Shown here in pieces: positions 28,712 through 38,563 of a DNA stretch of 64,000 nt. The notes beneath the pieces were generated by a model. The model was not told the origin of the DNA, ran no database searches, and saw only the letters and a program-made list of their open reading frames with translations. Source of the stretch: an uncultured Nitrosopumilaceae archaeon (GTDB lineage: Archaea > Thermoproteota > Nitrososphaeria > Nitrososphaerales > Nitrosopumilaceae); contig CAZEFL010000001.1 in NCBI GenBank assembly GCA_964511485.1, forward strand, positions 14,259 to 78,258. The letters run 5' to 3'. The position numbers and the translations under genes are program-made. Position 1 is the first letter of the stretch. The number at the start of each line of letters is the position of its first letter.

Positions 28712-30454
28712 CTAGTCATCTCCTTCTCCACGTCCTATATCTCCAAGACCAAATTCATCAATTACTTTATTTCTATCAGGATCTAATTGACTAATCTCAT
28801 CAAATTCTTTCTTTTCATCTCCTTGATAGACAGTTCTAATTGGCCATGGAATCCTGATATCATATTTTTTAAATTCTTCATACATTATCATTCTCAAATC
28901 TGTTTTTGTTTTGAATTGAGCTCCATAATCTCTAACATAAACCCACATTGAAAAATCAAGTGATGAATCATTAAATTCATTAAATCGAACTACTGGTTGT
29001 GTTACTTCTACATGAAGTTCTTTGTCACAACCACAACTTGGTTTATTTTCATTTAGATATGGACATCTTTTTTGTCTGATAAGATGTCTACCTTTTCCAT
29101 CTAAAATTTCATTCATTCCTCGTTTTCCTACTTTCACCAAAATTGAAGCCACTTGACGAGGATTGTTCAAATAGGAAACCCCAACTTTTACTACTGCTGG
29201 AACCAATTTGTTTTCTTTTGAATAATTGACAATCTGGGCATTTACTAGCTGTCTTGTTGGTATAACTGCAATTGATTCATGTAATGCATCTCTAATGTAT
29301 GTGACTCGGGGAGTAATTTTATGTATATTTCCATTATAACCTGTGTCTAACTGTACTCTGTCACCTTCCATGACAATTTTGTCTTTTCTAATCATAATAT
29401 ATGCAAAATAGTTCTGCATTGTTTCTTGTAATGCTAAACCTAAACCAATAGAGAATCCACCTGTTGCAGTAGCAATAACAATCAAATCAACACCCCACCA
29501 TGCAACAACTCCTAAAACTGTTGCAATGAAAATTCCTATTGGGAGAATCTGTTTTGCAGATTTTGGAAGCCCTTCCCTTTTTTTCTTTGCGTGTCCTGGT
29601 GGACGAGAGCTAGGAATTATTGGTTCATACCCATTTTCTCTCTTTTCTTCTCTCCATACATCTATTGGAAATATTTCAACAGGTTTTGCCCCTGGTCTTA
29701 ATTTTCTACCTGATTGATTATTTCCTGTAATGCAATTCTGATAATATTTATCATATTTTTTACGTTCAGATTTTTTCCATTCTTCAAATGGTTCTTCTAT
29801 GATCTTTTCAAATCCTCCAATTGGATTTCCTTTTGTAGTTCGAAATTGTTCCAAGTAAGCCATTCCTTCTTTTGTTCCAAGTAATTCCTGAAACTCTTTA
29901 TCATCAATATCTTCTGGAGTTATTTGTGGTGGATTCCATTTGTATAATTTATGAAATAGATCATCTTTATCATCAATAAATCCTCTCATTTCGAACCAAG
30001 AATCAAAATCATCTTTTTCTAAAATTGATTTGTCACGTTTGGTAAGACTAATTGGGATGAGATGAGAAATGGTATATCCAATAACTAAAATATTAAAAGT
30101 ATTGAGAATTTTTGTAAATTTTTCATGAACAGAAGTCTCTTCACTTCCACTAATTGATCCTTCTTCTCCTAACAAAATCCCCGTTTGAGCATAAATATTG
30201 ATGGCGGTGATTAATGCAATTGCAAAAAACGGTAATACAGCTCTTCGTAAAAATCTTGAAAAATGCGGTCTTTTGTAATAAAATTTTTGAGAACTCACCC
30301 AAAATGAAAATTTCCTATACCCAATAACTATACCAACAATTCCTACAATCATTATGAAAAAAGCTATTTGGAGTGATTCAGATGATGCTATTAGCTGTGA
30401 AACAGTTTCAAATTCCCCAACTGATATTTGAGAAAATTCATCTTCAACCATCAT
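28712..30454 (-). CDS. MscS-family mechanosensitive channel (large)
   Basis: IGLGLALQETMQN pore helix, GDRV, VGVSY, FNDSSLDF, IPWP. Confidence 0.88.
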   Translation of the reverse strand: MMVEDEFSQISVGEFETVSQLIASSESLQIAFFIMIVGIVGIVIGYRKFSFWVSSQKFYYKRPHFSRFLRRAVLPFFAIALITAINIYAQTGILLGEEGSISGSEETSVHEKFTKILNTFNILVIGYTISHLIPISLTKRDKSILEKDDFDSWFEMRGFIDDKDDLFHKLYKWNPPQITPEDIDDKEFQELLGTKEGMAYLEQFRTTKGNPIGGFEKIIEEPFEEWKKSERKKYDKYYQNCITGNNQSGRKLRPGAKPVEIFPIDVWREEKRENGYEPIIPSSRPPGHAKKKREGLPKSAKQILPIGIFIATVLGVVAWWGVDLIVIATATGGFSIGLGLALQETMQNYFAYIMIRKDKIVMEGDRVQLDTGYNGNIHKITPRVTYIRDALHESIAVIPTRQLVNAQIVNYSKENKLVPAVVKVGVSYLNNPRQVASILVKVGKRGMNEILDGKGRHLIRQKRCPYLNENKPSCGCDKELHVEVTQPVVRFNEFNDSSLDFSMWVYVRDYGAQFKTKTDLRMIMYEEFKKYDIRIPWPIRTVYQGDEKKEFDEISQLDPDRNKVIDEFGLGDIGRGEGDD

Positions 30455-30549
30455 TAATCACTATTTTTATCAAGTCCATATCCTTGAATACAAACGTTAA
30501 GATATTTTGTCATTGTTTAATGGAGGATTTATCAAATTATTAAAAATTC

Positions 30550-31938
30550 ATGCGTAAAAAGCTTGTAACCTTTAACAAGGGCAAAATCCTTTTTGAACAA
30601 GTGACCTATCAGGAATCAGTTTGGGATGATTCACCATCACTAAAATCATTCACACTATCAAATTTTCGAAACATACCATATATCCAAAATCTTTCTGAAG
30701 AGGCTCAATTTGAAATGGAAGTTGTAGGTAATGTTTTACCCTTTAAAGCAAATAACTACGTTGTTGAACAATTAATTGATTGGAATAACATTCCAAATGA
30801 TCCAATGTTTGTTTTGACTTTTCCACAAAAAGGAATGTTAAAACAAGAATATTTTCAGAAGATGGCAACTGCATTAAAAAATAATTCTGACAAAAAAGAA
30901 ATAGCATCTATAGCAAATGAAATTCGTTTACAACTAAATCCACATCCTGCGGGTCAAATGGAACTAAATGTTCCTACATTGAAAGATGGAACCAAATTGT
31001 ATGGAATGCAACATAAATACAAAGAAACATGTCTTTTTTTCCCAAGTCAAAGTCAAACTTGTCATGCATATTGTAGTTTTTGTTTTAGGTGGCCACAATT
31101 TGTTGGAATGGATGAAATGAAATTTGCAATGCAAGAAGGAAAACAACTTGTTCAATATCTTACAGAACATCCAGAGATAAGTGATGTTCTATTTACAGGT
31201 GGTGATCCTATGATCATGAAAGCTAAAATGTTTTCAAAATATATTGATACTTTAATTGATGCAAAACTTCCAAATCTCAAAACAATTAGAATTGGAACAA
31301 AAGTTCTTTCTTATTGGCCATACAAATTCCTAACAGATTTTGATTCACAAGAAATGTTAGATGTCTTCAAAAAGATCACTGATAATGGAATTCATCTTGC
31401 ATTTATGGCTCACTTTAATCATTTGAATGAACTATCAACAGATTCTGTAAAAAATGCAATTAAGAAAGTGAGAGAAACGGGAGCACAGATTAGAACACAA
31501 TCTCCTATTTTAGCTCATATTAATGATAATTCAGAAATATGGGCAAAAATGTGGACAAAACAAGTACAATTGGGATGTATTCCATATTACATGTTTGTTG
31601 TAAGGGATACAGGAGCACAACACTACTTTGGAGTTCCTCTTCTTAAGGCTCATGAAATTTTCAAAAATGCATTTTCTTCAGTAAGTGGATTAGCGAGAAC
31701 TGTTCGTGGACCTAGTATGTCTGCAACTCCGGGAAAAATACATGTTCTTGGAACAGCTAATGTAAATAATCAAAAAATCATTACTCTGAAATTTTTACAA
31801 GGAAGGAATCCTGATTGGGTAGATACCCCATTTTTTGCAAAATATGATGAAAATGCAATTTGGTTAGATGATCTTAAACCTGCATTTTCAGACAAATTCT
31901 TCTTTGAAGATGAAATGAACAATATCAAATCATCCTAA
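30550..31938 (+). CDS. KamA-family radical SAM protein (lysine 2,3-aminomutase-like)
   Basis: HKY, CHAYCSFCFR, VLFTGGDP, HFNH, PYYMF, PGK; true start may be GTG at 30601. Confidence 0.88.
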   Translation: MRKKLVTFNKGKILFEQVTYQESVWDDSPSLKSFTLSNFRNIPYIQNLSEEAQFEMEVVGNVLPFKANNYVVEQLIDWNNIPNDPMFVLTFPQKGMLKQEYFQKMATALKNNSDKKEIASIANEIRLQLNPHPAGQMELNVPTLKDGTKLYGMQHKYKETCLFFPSQSQTCHAYCSFCFRWPQFVGMDEMKFAMQEGKQLVQYLTEHPEISDVLFTGGDPMIMKAKMFSKYIDTLIDAKLPNLKTIRIGTKVLSYWPYKFLTDFDSQEMLDVFKKITDNGIHLAFMAHFNHLNELSTDSVKNAIKKVRETGAQIRTQSPILAHINDNSEIWAKMWTKQVQLGCIPYYMFVVRDTGAQHYFGVPLLKAHEIFKNAFSSVSGLARTVRGPSMSATPGKIHVLGTANVNNQKIITLKFLQGRNPDWVDTPFFAKYDENAIWLDDLKPAFSDKFFFEDEMNNIKSS

Positions 31939-31993
31939 ATTGTCTTTAAGGGATTAGATTAACACTTTTAAAATAATATAATATTTTTCAAAT

Positions 31994-32644
31994 ATGAAAA
32001 TTCTATTATTATTATTACTTTTTCCAAGTTTAGTTGGTATTTCATATGGTCATACTGTAGATGCAGTTGGAGAATATAGAGTAGAAATTGGTTGGATGAA
32101 TGAACCGGTTGTTTCTGGTGAAACCAATGGAATTGAATTTTTTGTTAGTCCATTAATTTCATGTTCTGAAAATTTAGAACCAATTGAATGTGCAGAATCT
32201 CAAGAATTTCAAAATGGAATTGAAGGATTGAAAAAAACTGTTAAAATGCAATTGATTTACAAAGATGAAAGTATCACACTCCCGCTTTCTCCTGATCATG
32301 ACATTCCTGGAAAATATTATGCATTTGTCAATCCTACGGTTTCTGGATTTTATCAGGCAAACATGTTAGGAATGATAAATGAAACCCCAATTAGTTTATC
32401 TATGCATCCACCTAAAGTTTCAGAACGCTCTTACATTGAATTTCCTGAACCATCAGATCTTACAGTAAGGCAAATGATTGATGGTCATACTGCATTAATT
32501 GAAGATGTTAGTGGATTAAAAGATTCAATTAGTAATTTAGAAGAAACAAAACAATTACCTGATTTTGGATATATTGGATTAGGAACTGGAATAATTGGCA
32601 TTATTATTGCAATAATTGCACTTGTTAAATCCAAGAAAAATTAA
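31994..32644 (+). CDS. Exported, C-terminally anchored hypothetical protein
   Basis: Signal peptide ending YG-H, IGWMNEP motif, C-terminal TM plus basic tail. Confidence 0.8.
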   Translation: MKILLLLLLFPSLVGISYGHTVDAVGEYRVEIGWMNEPVVSGETNGIEFFVSPLISCSENLEPIECAESQEFQNGIEGLKKTVKMQLIYKDESITLPLSPDHDIPGKYYAFVNPTVSGFYQANMLGMINETPISLSMHPPKVSERSYIEFPEPSDLTVRQMIDGHTALIEDVSGLKDSISNLEETKQLPDFGYIGLGTGIIGIIIAIIALVKSKKN

Positions 32645-32804
32645 ATTTCTATTTTATTGTATTTTTAAAACAAGACAGGAAAACATGTATAATTAATTCC
32701 AATTTTCCTCTTTTTTCATAAAAACTAATTTTTTTCATGGATTTGTTGTACATAAAAAACTACAAGTATAGTAATTAGAAAAACTATTTTGGACAAGATC
32801 AAAT

Positions 32805-33947
32805 ATGGTTGAAAATAATTTCGATATATTAGGAATTGTAGAAGGTTCGACTGAAAAAGAAATTCGGGATGCATTTAGACGATTAGCTCTTCAATATCAC
32901 TCAGATCGTGGTGGAGAAAATGAACAATTTATCAAAATAAAACAAGCTTACGAAGATCTCAAAATTGGTAAAAAATATCCTGAAACAGATATTGAAAAAC
33001 GAAACAATTCACGAGTATATTCTGATGAAACAGAAGCTGATGTAAAAAGAAAAAATCAGATTTTAGGTCAACAATTATCAAAAGAAATGAAAACAGCTGA
33101 AAATTGGGCAGCTGCATTAAATAAATCAAATTTAACTGCAACAAGATTATTTGGTTCGAAAACTCTGGGTGAAATTGAATTAGAAAGAAAGGCAAATGGT
33201 TCTTTATCGATAAAAGGAAATTTTATGGCGGGAAGCATTACTTATGATGGTCCCATAATTATGCAGGGAAGCATTACAAGTCCATCATGGACAAAAGAAT
33301 TTCAAACAAAAATCCATCTTACGACTGGAGATTTTAAATTCATCAATCCACTAGAAAATAAATACAAAATTGAAAATGGTGCTGAGATTATTGTTGATAG
33401 TGGAAATATTGTTATTGGAAATGTCTATGGAAGAAAATTCAGAGTAGAAGATCCAAATGGAAAAGTAGGTGTTTTCCAAATTCAAGAACATAGAACACAC
33501 ATTTCTTCTCCAAATGGAAAAATCATTGCTGAAAATCTAGTAGATACTGTTTCTGTTGATGCTGATTCAGTAATCATTCTTAACGCAGAAGACGATGTAA
33601 GAATTTCTGCACGTGAAGTTTTATTTTATGGGGGAAAATTCACATATGATTCCATAATTGAGTTAAAACAAGGAGGGACAATTCGTTTCTTTGAAAAATT
33701 TTCAATTCAGGGATTAAGTGGTGATGCAATTATCAAACTTGAAAATGGGAAAAAAATAAGATTGTTTGATCTAAAAACTAAAAAAATCAGAGATTTAGAT
33801 GATAAATTTATGCCTAACAAAGAAAAATTTACTAAAGATTCCACTTTGGTTGGGAATGGATTCACAATTACATATGATATGCTTGATAACCTTTCAAAGA
33901 GTATTCCTAATCAAAAAAAGGGTTGGAAATCTAAATTTGGTTTTTAA
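32805..33947 (+). CDS. J-domain protein with beta-rich C-terminal region
   Basis: FDILGI..EIRDAFRRLALQYHSDRGG..FIKIKQAYEDL J-domain (HSD variant). Confidence 0.85.
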   Translation: MVENNFDILGIVEGSTEKEIRDAFRRLALQYHSDRGGENEQFIKIKQAYEDLKIGKKYPETDIEKRNNSRVYSDETEADVKRKNQILGQQLSKEMKTAENWAAALNKSNLTATRLFGSKTLGEIELERKANGSLSIKGNFMAGSITYDGPIIMQGSITSPSWTKEFQTKIHLTTGDFKFINPLENKYKIENGAEIIVDSGNIVIGNVYGRKFRVEDPNGKVGVFQIQEHRTHISSPNGKIIAENLVDTVSVDADSVIILNAEDDVRISAREVLFYGGKFTYDSIIELKQGGTIRFFEKFSIQGLSGDAIIKLENGKKIRLFDLKTKKIRDLDDKFMPNKEKFTKDSTLVGNGFTITYDMLDNLSKSIPNQKKGWKSKFGF

Positions 33948-34004
33948 AATAATTTTCCTAAGATCGGAAGCTTTGATATTCAAATAACTCTACTAGAAAA
34001 GTAG

Positions 34005-35783
34005 TTGTCAATCACAATAAATCTTAGCAAAAAACTGATTTTTTTGTTAATGGTTGTCTCTTTTATTGCTCTTTCAATAACTGGTTTCTTTAGTTTTAAT
34101 TATGCTGATGAAATTCTGAAAGAAAGAATAGGTGATCAATTAATTAGAGAATCAACTATACGAGGAGAGACTTTACGAGTATTTTTTGAATCAAGAGTAG
34201 CACAAAACAATATTCTTGCAAATGATCCAATGATCCAAATCTTAATTTCACAAATGAATGATCACCCTGAAAATAAATTAAAAGAATTTAGAGACATTAA
34301 CAGAAAGGATTTCTTAATTCAAATTCAAGCATTTCAAGAATTAATTGGATTCTCAATTGAGTTAGAAGATGTTAAAATAATTGGGAAAAGAGGAGATATA
34401 TTTTTTTCACTTAGTGGAATTAAAAATGAAAATTTCAAAGAAAACGAATTATTCCTAAAAGGATTAAAAAAACCATTTATTGAATTTGAATCTGTTGAAT
34501 CTGGCAAAAAAATGATTGTTGTATCTCCAGTTTTTGTTGATAATAACAAAAAAGGTGATGAATCAATTGGAGTAATAATTTCGAAAATGAGAACAACTGC
34601 GTTAGATAACATCGTTTTGAATAGAAGTGGATTAGGAGAATCAGGCGAAGTATACATTGTAAATAATGAATTTTTAATGTTATCTGAATCTAGATTTTTT
34701 GAGAATGTAATTTTTGAACAAAAAGTTGACACATTAGCTGTTCAAAAATGTTTTAATGATAATCAAGAATTTTTAGGATTTTACAACGATTATAGAAATA
34801 TTCCAATTTTTGGTTCTTCTTATTGTGCAAATGATTTAGGAATTGTTTTACTTGCAGGAATTGATAAAGATGAAGTAGAAAAACCGATACGTATTCTACA
34901 AGATAGAATTATTCAAACTGGAATAGTAATCATAATTGCAATGGGTATTGTTGCTTTTGTAATATCAAAATCTCTTTCAAGACCTCTGATTAAATTGAAG
35001 AGTGCAGCAAATAAAATTGCGCTAGGAAATTTTGATGTACGAACTAGTATCGAAACAAAAGATGAAATCGGCGAATTATCAGAAGCGTTTGATTTGATGG
35101 CAGAAAAATTACAAAAATCATTATTTCAAATAAAGGAAAAAGAAGAAGTAATCAAACAGCAAGAAGGTATTTTGTTACAATTTTCTGATGAGAGTAAAAA
35201 ATATTGTGTAGGTTTAGTTGATATAATGAACTCAACAAAAATTTGTGCAACACTTTCATCATCACAAACTAGTGAATTTTATAAAATTTTTATAAATTCT
35301 ATGGGATTGATAATTGAAAAATATGGTGGAGTTATTTCAAAAAATATTGGGGATGCACTTCTTTTTTATTTTGTAGTGGAGCCTTCAAAAGAAAAAATTA
35401 TTTTAAAAAAATGTTTAGATTGTTGTTTGGCATTAAGTCAAGGACATAAAAAAATTACAAAAAAATTAAATGAACAAAATTTACCCTTGTTTAACTATAG
35501 AACTAGTGCTACATATGGAATGGTAAGAATTGCAAGATCATCTACATCTTCAGTAAATGATATTTTTGGAACTACTGTTAATCGATGTGCAAAACTTAAC
35601 CGAAATGCATCTACAAATGGTGTAGTTATTGGAGAAAATTTTTATGAATTACTAAAAGATGATGAAAAATATTTGTTTAAGAAAGTAGAACATAAACTAA
35701 TGTCATCCGATCATGGTTATGTAGGATACACTGTATCAATAAAATCACTTTTGGAAAATAATTCTAGTAGTAAAATAAGATAA
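34005..35783 (+). CDS. Membrane sensor: Cache-like domain, HAMP and class III adenylate/guanylate cyclase
   Basis: Two TMs, GLGESGEVYIV Cache motif, HAMP (KDEIGELSEAFDLM), cyclase motifs VDIMNST, KNIGDAL, DIFGTTVN. Confidence 0.88.
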   Translation: MSITINLSKKLIFLLMVVSFIALSITGFFSFNYADEILKERIGDQLIRESTIRGETLRVFFESRVAQNNILANDPMIQILISQMNDHPENKLKEFRDINRKDFLIQIQAFQELIGFSIELEDVKIIGKRGDIFFSLSGIKNENFKENELFLKGLKKPFIEFESVESGKKMIVVSPVFVDNNKKGDESIGVIISKMRTTALDNIVLNRSGLGESGEVYIVNNEFLMLSESRFFENVIFEQKVDTLAVQKCFNDNQEFLGFYNDYRNIPIFGSSYCANDLGIVLLAGIDKDEVEKPIRILQDRIIQTGIVIIIAMGIVAFVISKSLSRPLIKLKSAANKIALGNFDVRTSIETKDEIGELSEAFDLMAEKLQKSLFQIKEKEEVIKQQEGILLQFSDESKKYCVGLVDIMNSTKICATLSSSQTSEFYKIFINSMGLIIEKYGGVISKNIGDALLFYFVVEPSKEKIILKKCLDCCLALSQGHKKITKKLNEQNLPLFNYRTSATYGMVRIARSSTSSVNDIFGTTVNRCAKLNRNASTNGVVIGENFYELLKDDEKYLFKKVEHKLMSSDHGYVGYTVSIKSLLENNSSSKIR

Positions 35784-35790
35784 TTTACAT

Positions 35791-36014
35791 ATTAAAAATA
35801 CGAAATTTTTATTTTTAATATTATTAATTTTTGTCTCAACATCTGTAGTTTATGCTGAAGAATATTATGTTGATATCCCATTTGGGGCAATAATCCTGAA
35901 TTAAATACACCTACAGAAGTTTGGTATGCTACTGTCATGTTTATTGTTGTGCTACAATGGTTAAATAAAAAACCTGATTTACCAAAAAATAATTGGGGAC
36001 CTGTTAAATTTTAA
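35791..36014 (+). pseudogene. Remnant of an exported cupredoxin-like gene
   Basis: Signal-peptide-like IKNTKFLFLILLIFVSTSVVYA then EEYYVDIPFGA, a 1-nt deletion near 35890, then NPELNTPTEVWY joined to a short hydrophobic tail; no ATG and no Cu-ligand region. Confidence 0.6.
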
Positions 36015-36049
36015 AATAATAAAAAAGAAATTAAATTGATTGAATTAAT

Positions 36050-36349
36050 CTACTCGATTAATTCAGTCCAACCTTTGACGAAGACTGAGTCTTTGTGGAG
36101 TGGAACTGGTTGTCCAACAGTAAAGTCCATTGGTCTCATCCAAAAGATTGCTTTTGTTGGGCATACACCAATGCATGCACCATCAGAAATACATCTTTCT
36201 GGATAGAAAACAAATGCTTTACCTCTCTTCCAGCCTTCGACTGGTTTTACTCTAAGGACATCTGGACCAAGTGTTGTACAGATTTCTACACATAGTGCGC
36301 ATCCGATACACATTTGTTCGCTGATGTCTGGAATAATTCCTACTGGCAT
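36050..36349 (-). CDS. 4Fe-4S dicluster ferredoxin
   Basis: CIGCALCVEIC and CISDGACIGVCP. Confidence 0.92.
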   Translation of the reverse strand: MPVGIIPDISEQMCIGCALCVEICTTLGPDVLRVKPVEGWKRGKAFVFYPERCISDGACIGVCPTKAIFWMRPMDFTVGQPVPLHKDSVFVKGWTELIE

Positions 36350-36457
36350 AACAAAAATAATCCGTAATTTGGCATTTATATAATTTATCTAAAAAAAATG
36401 AGTTATAACGGCGTTTCAAATTTTATAACACTGTTTTGATTTTTGATCGCATTAAAA

Positions 36458-37072
36458 TCAAAATCTATCGGTTTTAATTTTGTGAATCTTTGAGTCTGTT
36501 TTATCTAAACTTGAAATTATCAAATCCTCTTCAATTTTTTTAAGGAAATACACTCCTGTTTTTTCTGATTTGATGATCTGTTTTCCTCCTGGGGATATTA
36601 CCCATTCATCATTTTCTTTTTTTCTTGCCATGGCAGTTACAATAATTGATGAATTGGTATTTCTTCCAAGAGATGCAAGTAACATTATGCATGAATTGAT
36701 GAATCTTATAGATTCAAGATCATCAAACATATTGAAAACTCCATTAAATGAATCAATTACAACTAGAATTTTCTCTTTTGATGTTTTTGTAATGATTTCT
36801 GATAATTTTTCTTTCCAATTCTCTTTATTTGGATGAAAAATAATTAGATTATCTTTTTTCTGGATCATTCCAGACTCAACATATCCTGTATAAAGCAAAT
36901 CCATATCTACAAAAATTATTAAATTTTCAACAGAATTGATTAGTCTATTAAGAAATTCTATTTTATAGAAAGGTTCTGAACACAATACTATACTTGGAAT
37001 ATTTTTCCCAAACTCATTTTGAATGTGTGTTAAATTATCATCTAAAACCCACTTAGGACTTTTATCCAACAC
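36458..37072 (-). CDS. Hypothetical protein, degenerate RecA-like fold
   Basis: IIFVDMD and LVVIDSFNG (Walker-B-like) without a canonical Walker A. Confidence 0.6.
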   Translation of the reverse strand: MLDKSPKWVLDDNLTHIQNEFGKNIPSIVLCSEPFYKIEFLNRLINSVENLIIFVDMDLLYTGYVESGMIQKKDNLIIFHPNKENWKEKLSEIITKTSKEKILVVIDSFNGVFNMFDDLESIRFINSCIMLLASLGRNTNSSIIVTAMARKKENDEWVISPGGKQIIKSEKTGVYFLKKIEEDLIISSLDKTDSKIHKIKTDRF

Positions 37073-37098
37073 CCCTTTAGCATTTTACAGATATAATA

Positions 37099-38250
37099 AT
37101 GAATTTAGTATCAAAAGATATTTCAGATGATTTCCCCATTTCTGATAAAATCTATCTAAATAATGCATCTGTATCTCTTATGCCTTTACAAAGTATTGAT
37201 GCCATGAGGGATTTTCTAATTTCATACAATACAATTGGTCCTGATTCTAAAGATTCTGAATCATTTGTTACTGAAAAATTAAGAAATGTTAGAAAGATAA
37301 TTGCAAAAATTATTTCTTGTCAATCTGATGAAGTAGTTCTTACACAAAGTACTACTGATGGAATAAATTTTGTAGCAAATGGACTTTCATATAATGATAA
37401 ATCAAATGTGATTATTCGTGGAATGACACATGAACACCATTCAAATTTTTACCCTTGGATTAAATTAAAAGAAAAAATCTCAATCAAAAATCTCCCTATA
37501 GATAAAAATGGTTTTTTCAAATTAGATGATTTAGAATCTTATATTGATGAAAATACAAAACTTGTAGCACTAAGTCATGCGTTGTATAATACAGGTTCTA
37601 TTTTACCTGTAAAAGAAATAGCAAAAATTATTCAAGAAAAAACTTCATTCTTTATTGATGCTGCACAAACTATAGGATGTATCGGCGACATTGACGTATC
37701 TGATATCAAATGTGACTTTATGTCATTTAACGGCTCAAAATGGTTATGTGGTCCAATGGGGACTGGTTTATTTTATTGTAGGAGAAAATCAAGTGAATTA
37801 TTAATTCCACAAACAATTGGTGGTGAATCTGCAATTATTTATGATGAGACAAAGCTTGCTTTCAAAGAAATACCCGACAAATTTCAAACTGGATTTAGAA
37901 ATTATGTTGGAATGGTTGGATTAGAAGCATCTGCAAATTATTTACTTAAATTTGGCATGAAAAATATTCACAAGAAAAATCAATATCTTTCAAATCTTTT
38001 CAGAGAAGAATTATCAAAAATCAAAAATATCATTTTGTACGGATCAACAAATTCGAATGATAGAACTAGTATTGTATCTTTTAACATTAAAGGAATTGAT
38101 TCACAAAAATTAGTTGATAAACTTGAAAAACAAAATATTATTTTAGCTGTCAGAGAAATTTCAGACACAAAAATTGTACGAGCTTCTCCTCATTTTTTCA
38201 ATACAGAATCTGAAATACTTCAAGTAATTGATACAATTAAGAAATTATAG
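37099..38250 (+). CDS. Class V PLP enzyme (cysteine desulfurase/selenocysteine lyase-like)
   Basis: IYLNNAS, EHHSN, IDAAQ, NGSKWLCGPMGTG, VRASPHFFN. Confidence 0.88.
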   Translation: MNLVSKDISDDFPISDKIYLNNASVSLMPLQSIDAMRDFLISYNTIGPDSKDSESFVTEKLRNVRKIIAKIISCQSDEVVLTQSTTDGINFVANGLSYNDKSNVIIRGMTHEHHSNFYPWIKLKEKISIKNLPIDKNGFFKLDDLESYIDENTKLVALSHALYNTGSILPVKEIAKIIQEKTSFFIDAAQTIGCIGDIDVSDIKCDFMSFNGSKWLCGPMGTGLFYCRRKSSELLIPQTIGGESAIIYDETKLAFKEIPDKFQTGFRNYVGMVGLEASANYLLKFGMKNIHKKNQYLSNLFREELSKIKNIILYGSTNSNDRTSIVSFNIKGIDSQKLVDKLEKQNIILAVREISDTKIVRASPHFFNTESEILQVIDTIKKL

Positions 38251-38502
38251 ATTTTCTTGTTCTTCAATAACCATCATGGTTAATGTTGATTGAACTTTAC
38301 CTATTTTTCTAATTTTATTAGTAATTATTGCACGTAATTTTTCTGCATCAACAGAGGTTAATTTTAGAACGATATCATATACGCCATAAACCCCTTGAAT
38401 TTCAAAAACGACACTTTCATCTGCTAGAATTTGTTTTACATCATTAATTATTGATTCATCTGAACCTAAATCAGAATTCAATAATACATACGCAGTAGGC
38501 AC
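38245..38502 (-). CDS. Stand-alone Lrp/AsnC ligand-binding (RAM) domain protein
   Basis: AYVLLN, VYGVYDIVLK, IRKIGKVQSTLT. Confidence 0.9.
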   Translation of the reverse strand: MPTAYVLLNSDLGSDESIINDVKQILADESVVFEIQGVYGVYDIVLKLTSVDAEKLRAIITNKIRKIGKVQSTLTMMVIEEQENL

Positions 38503-38563
38503 AAGAAAATTTTCTTAAATGACTATTTAACTTTTGATGATTCAAAAATTGATTAATTACTAA

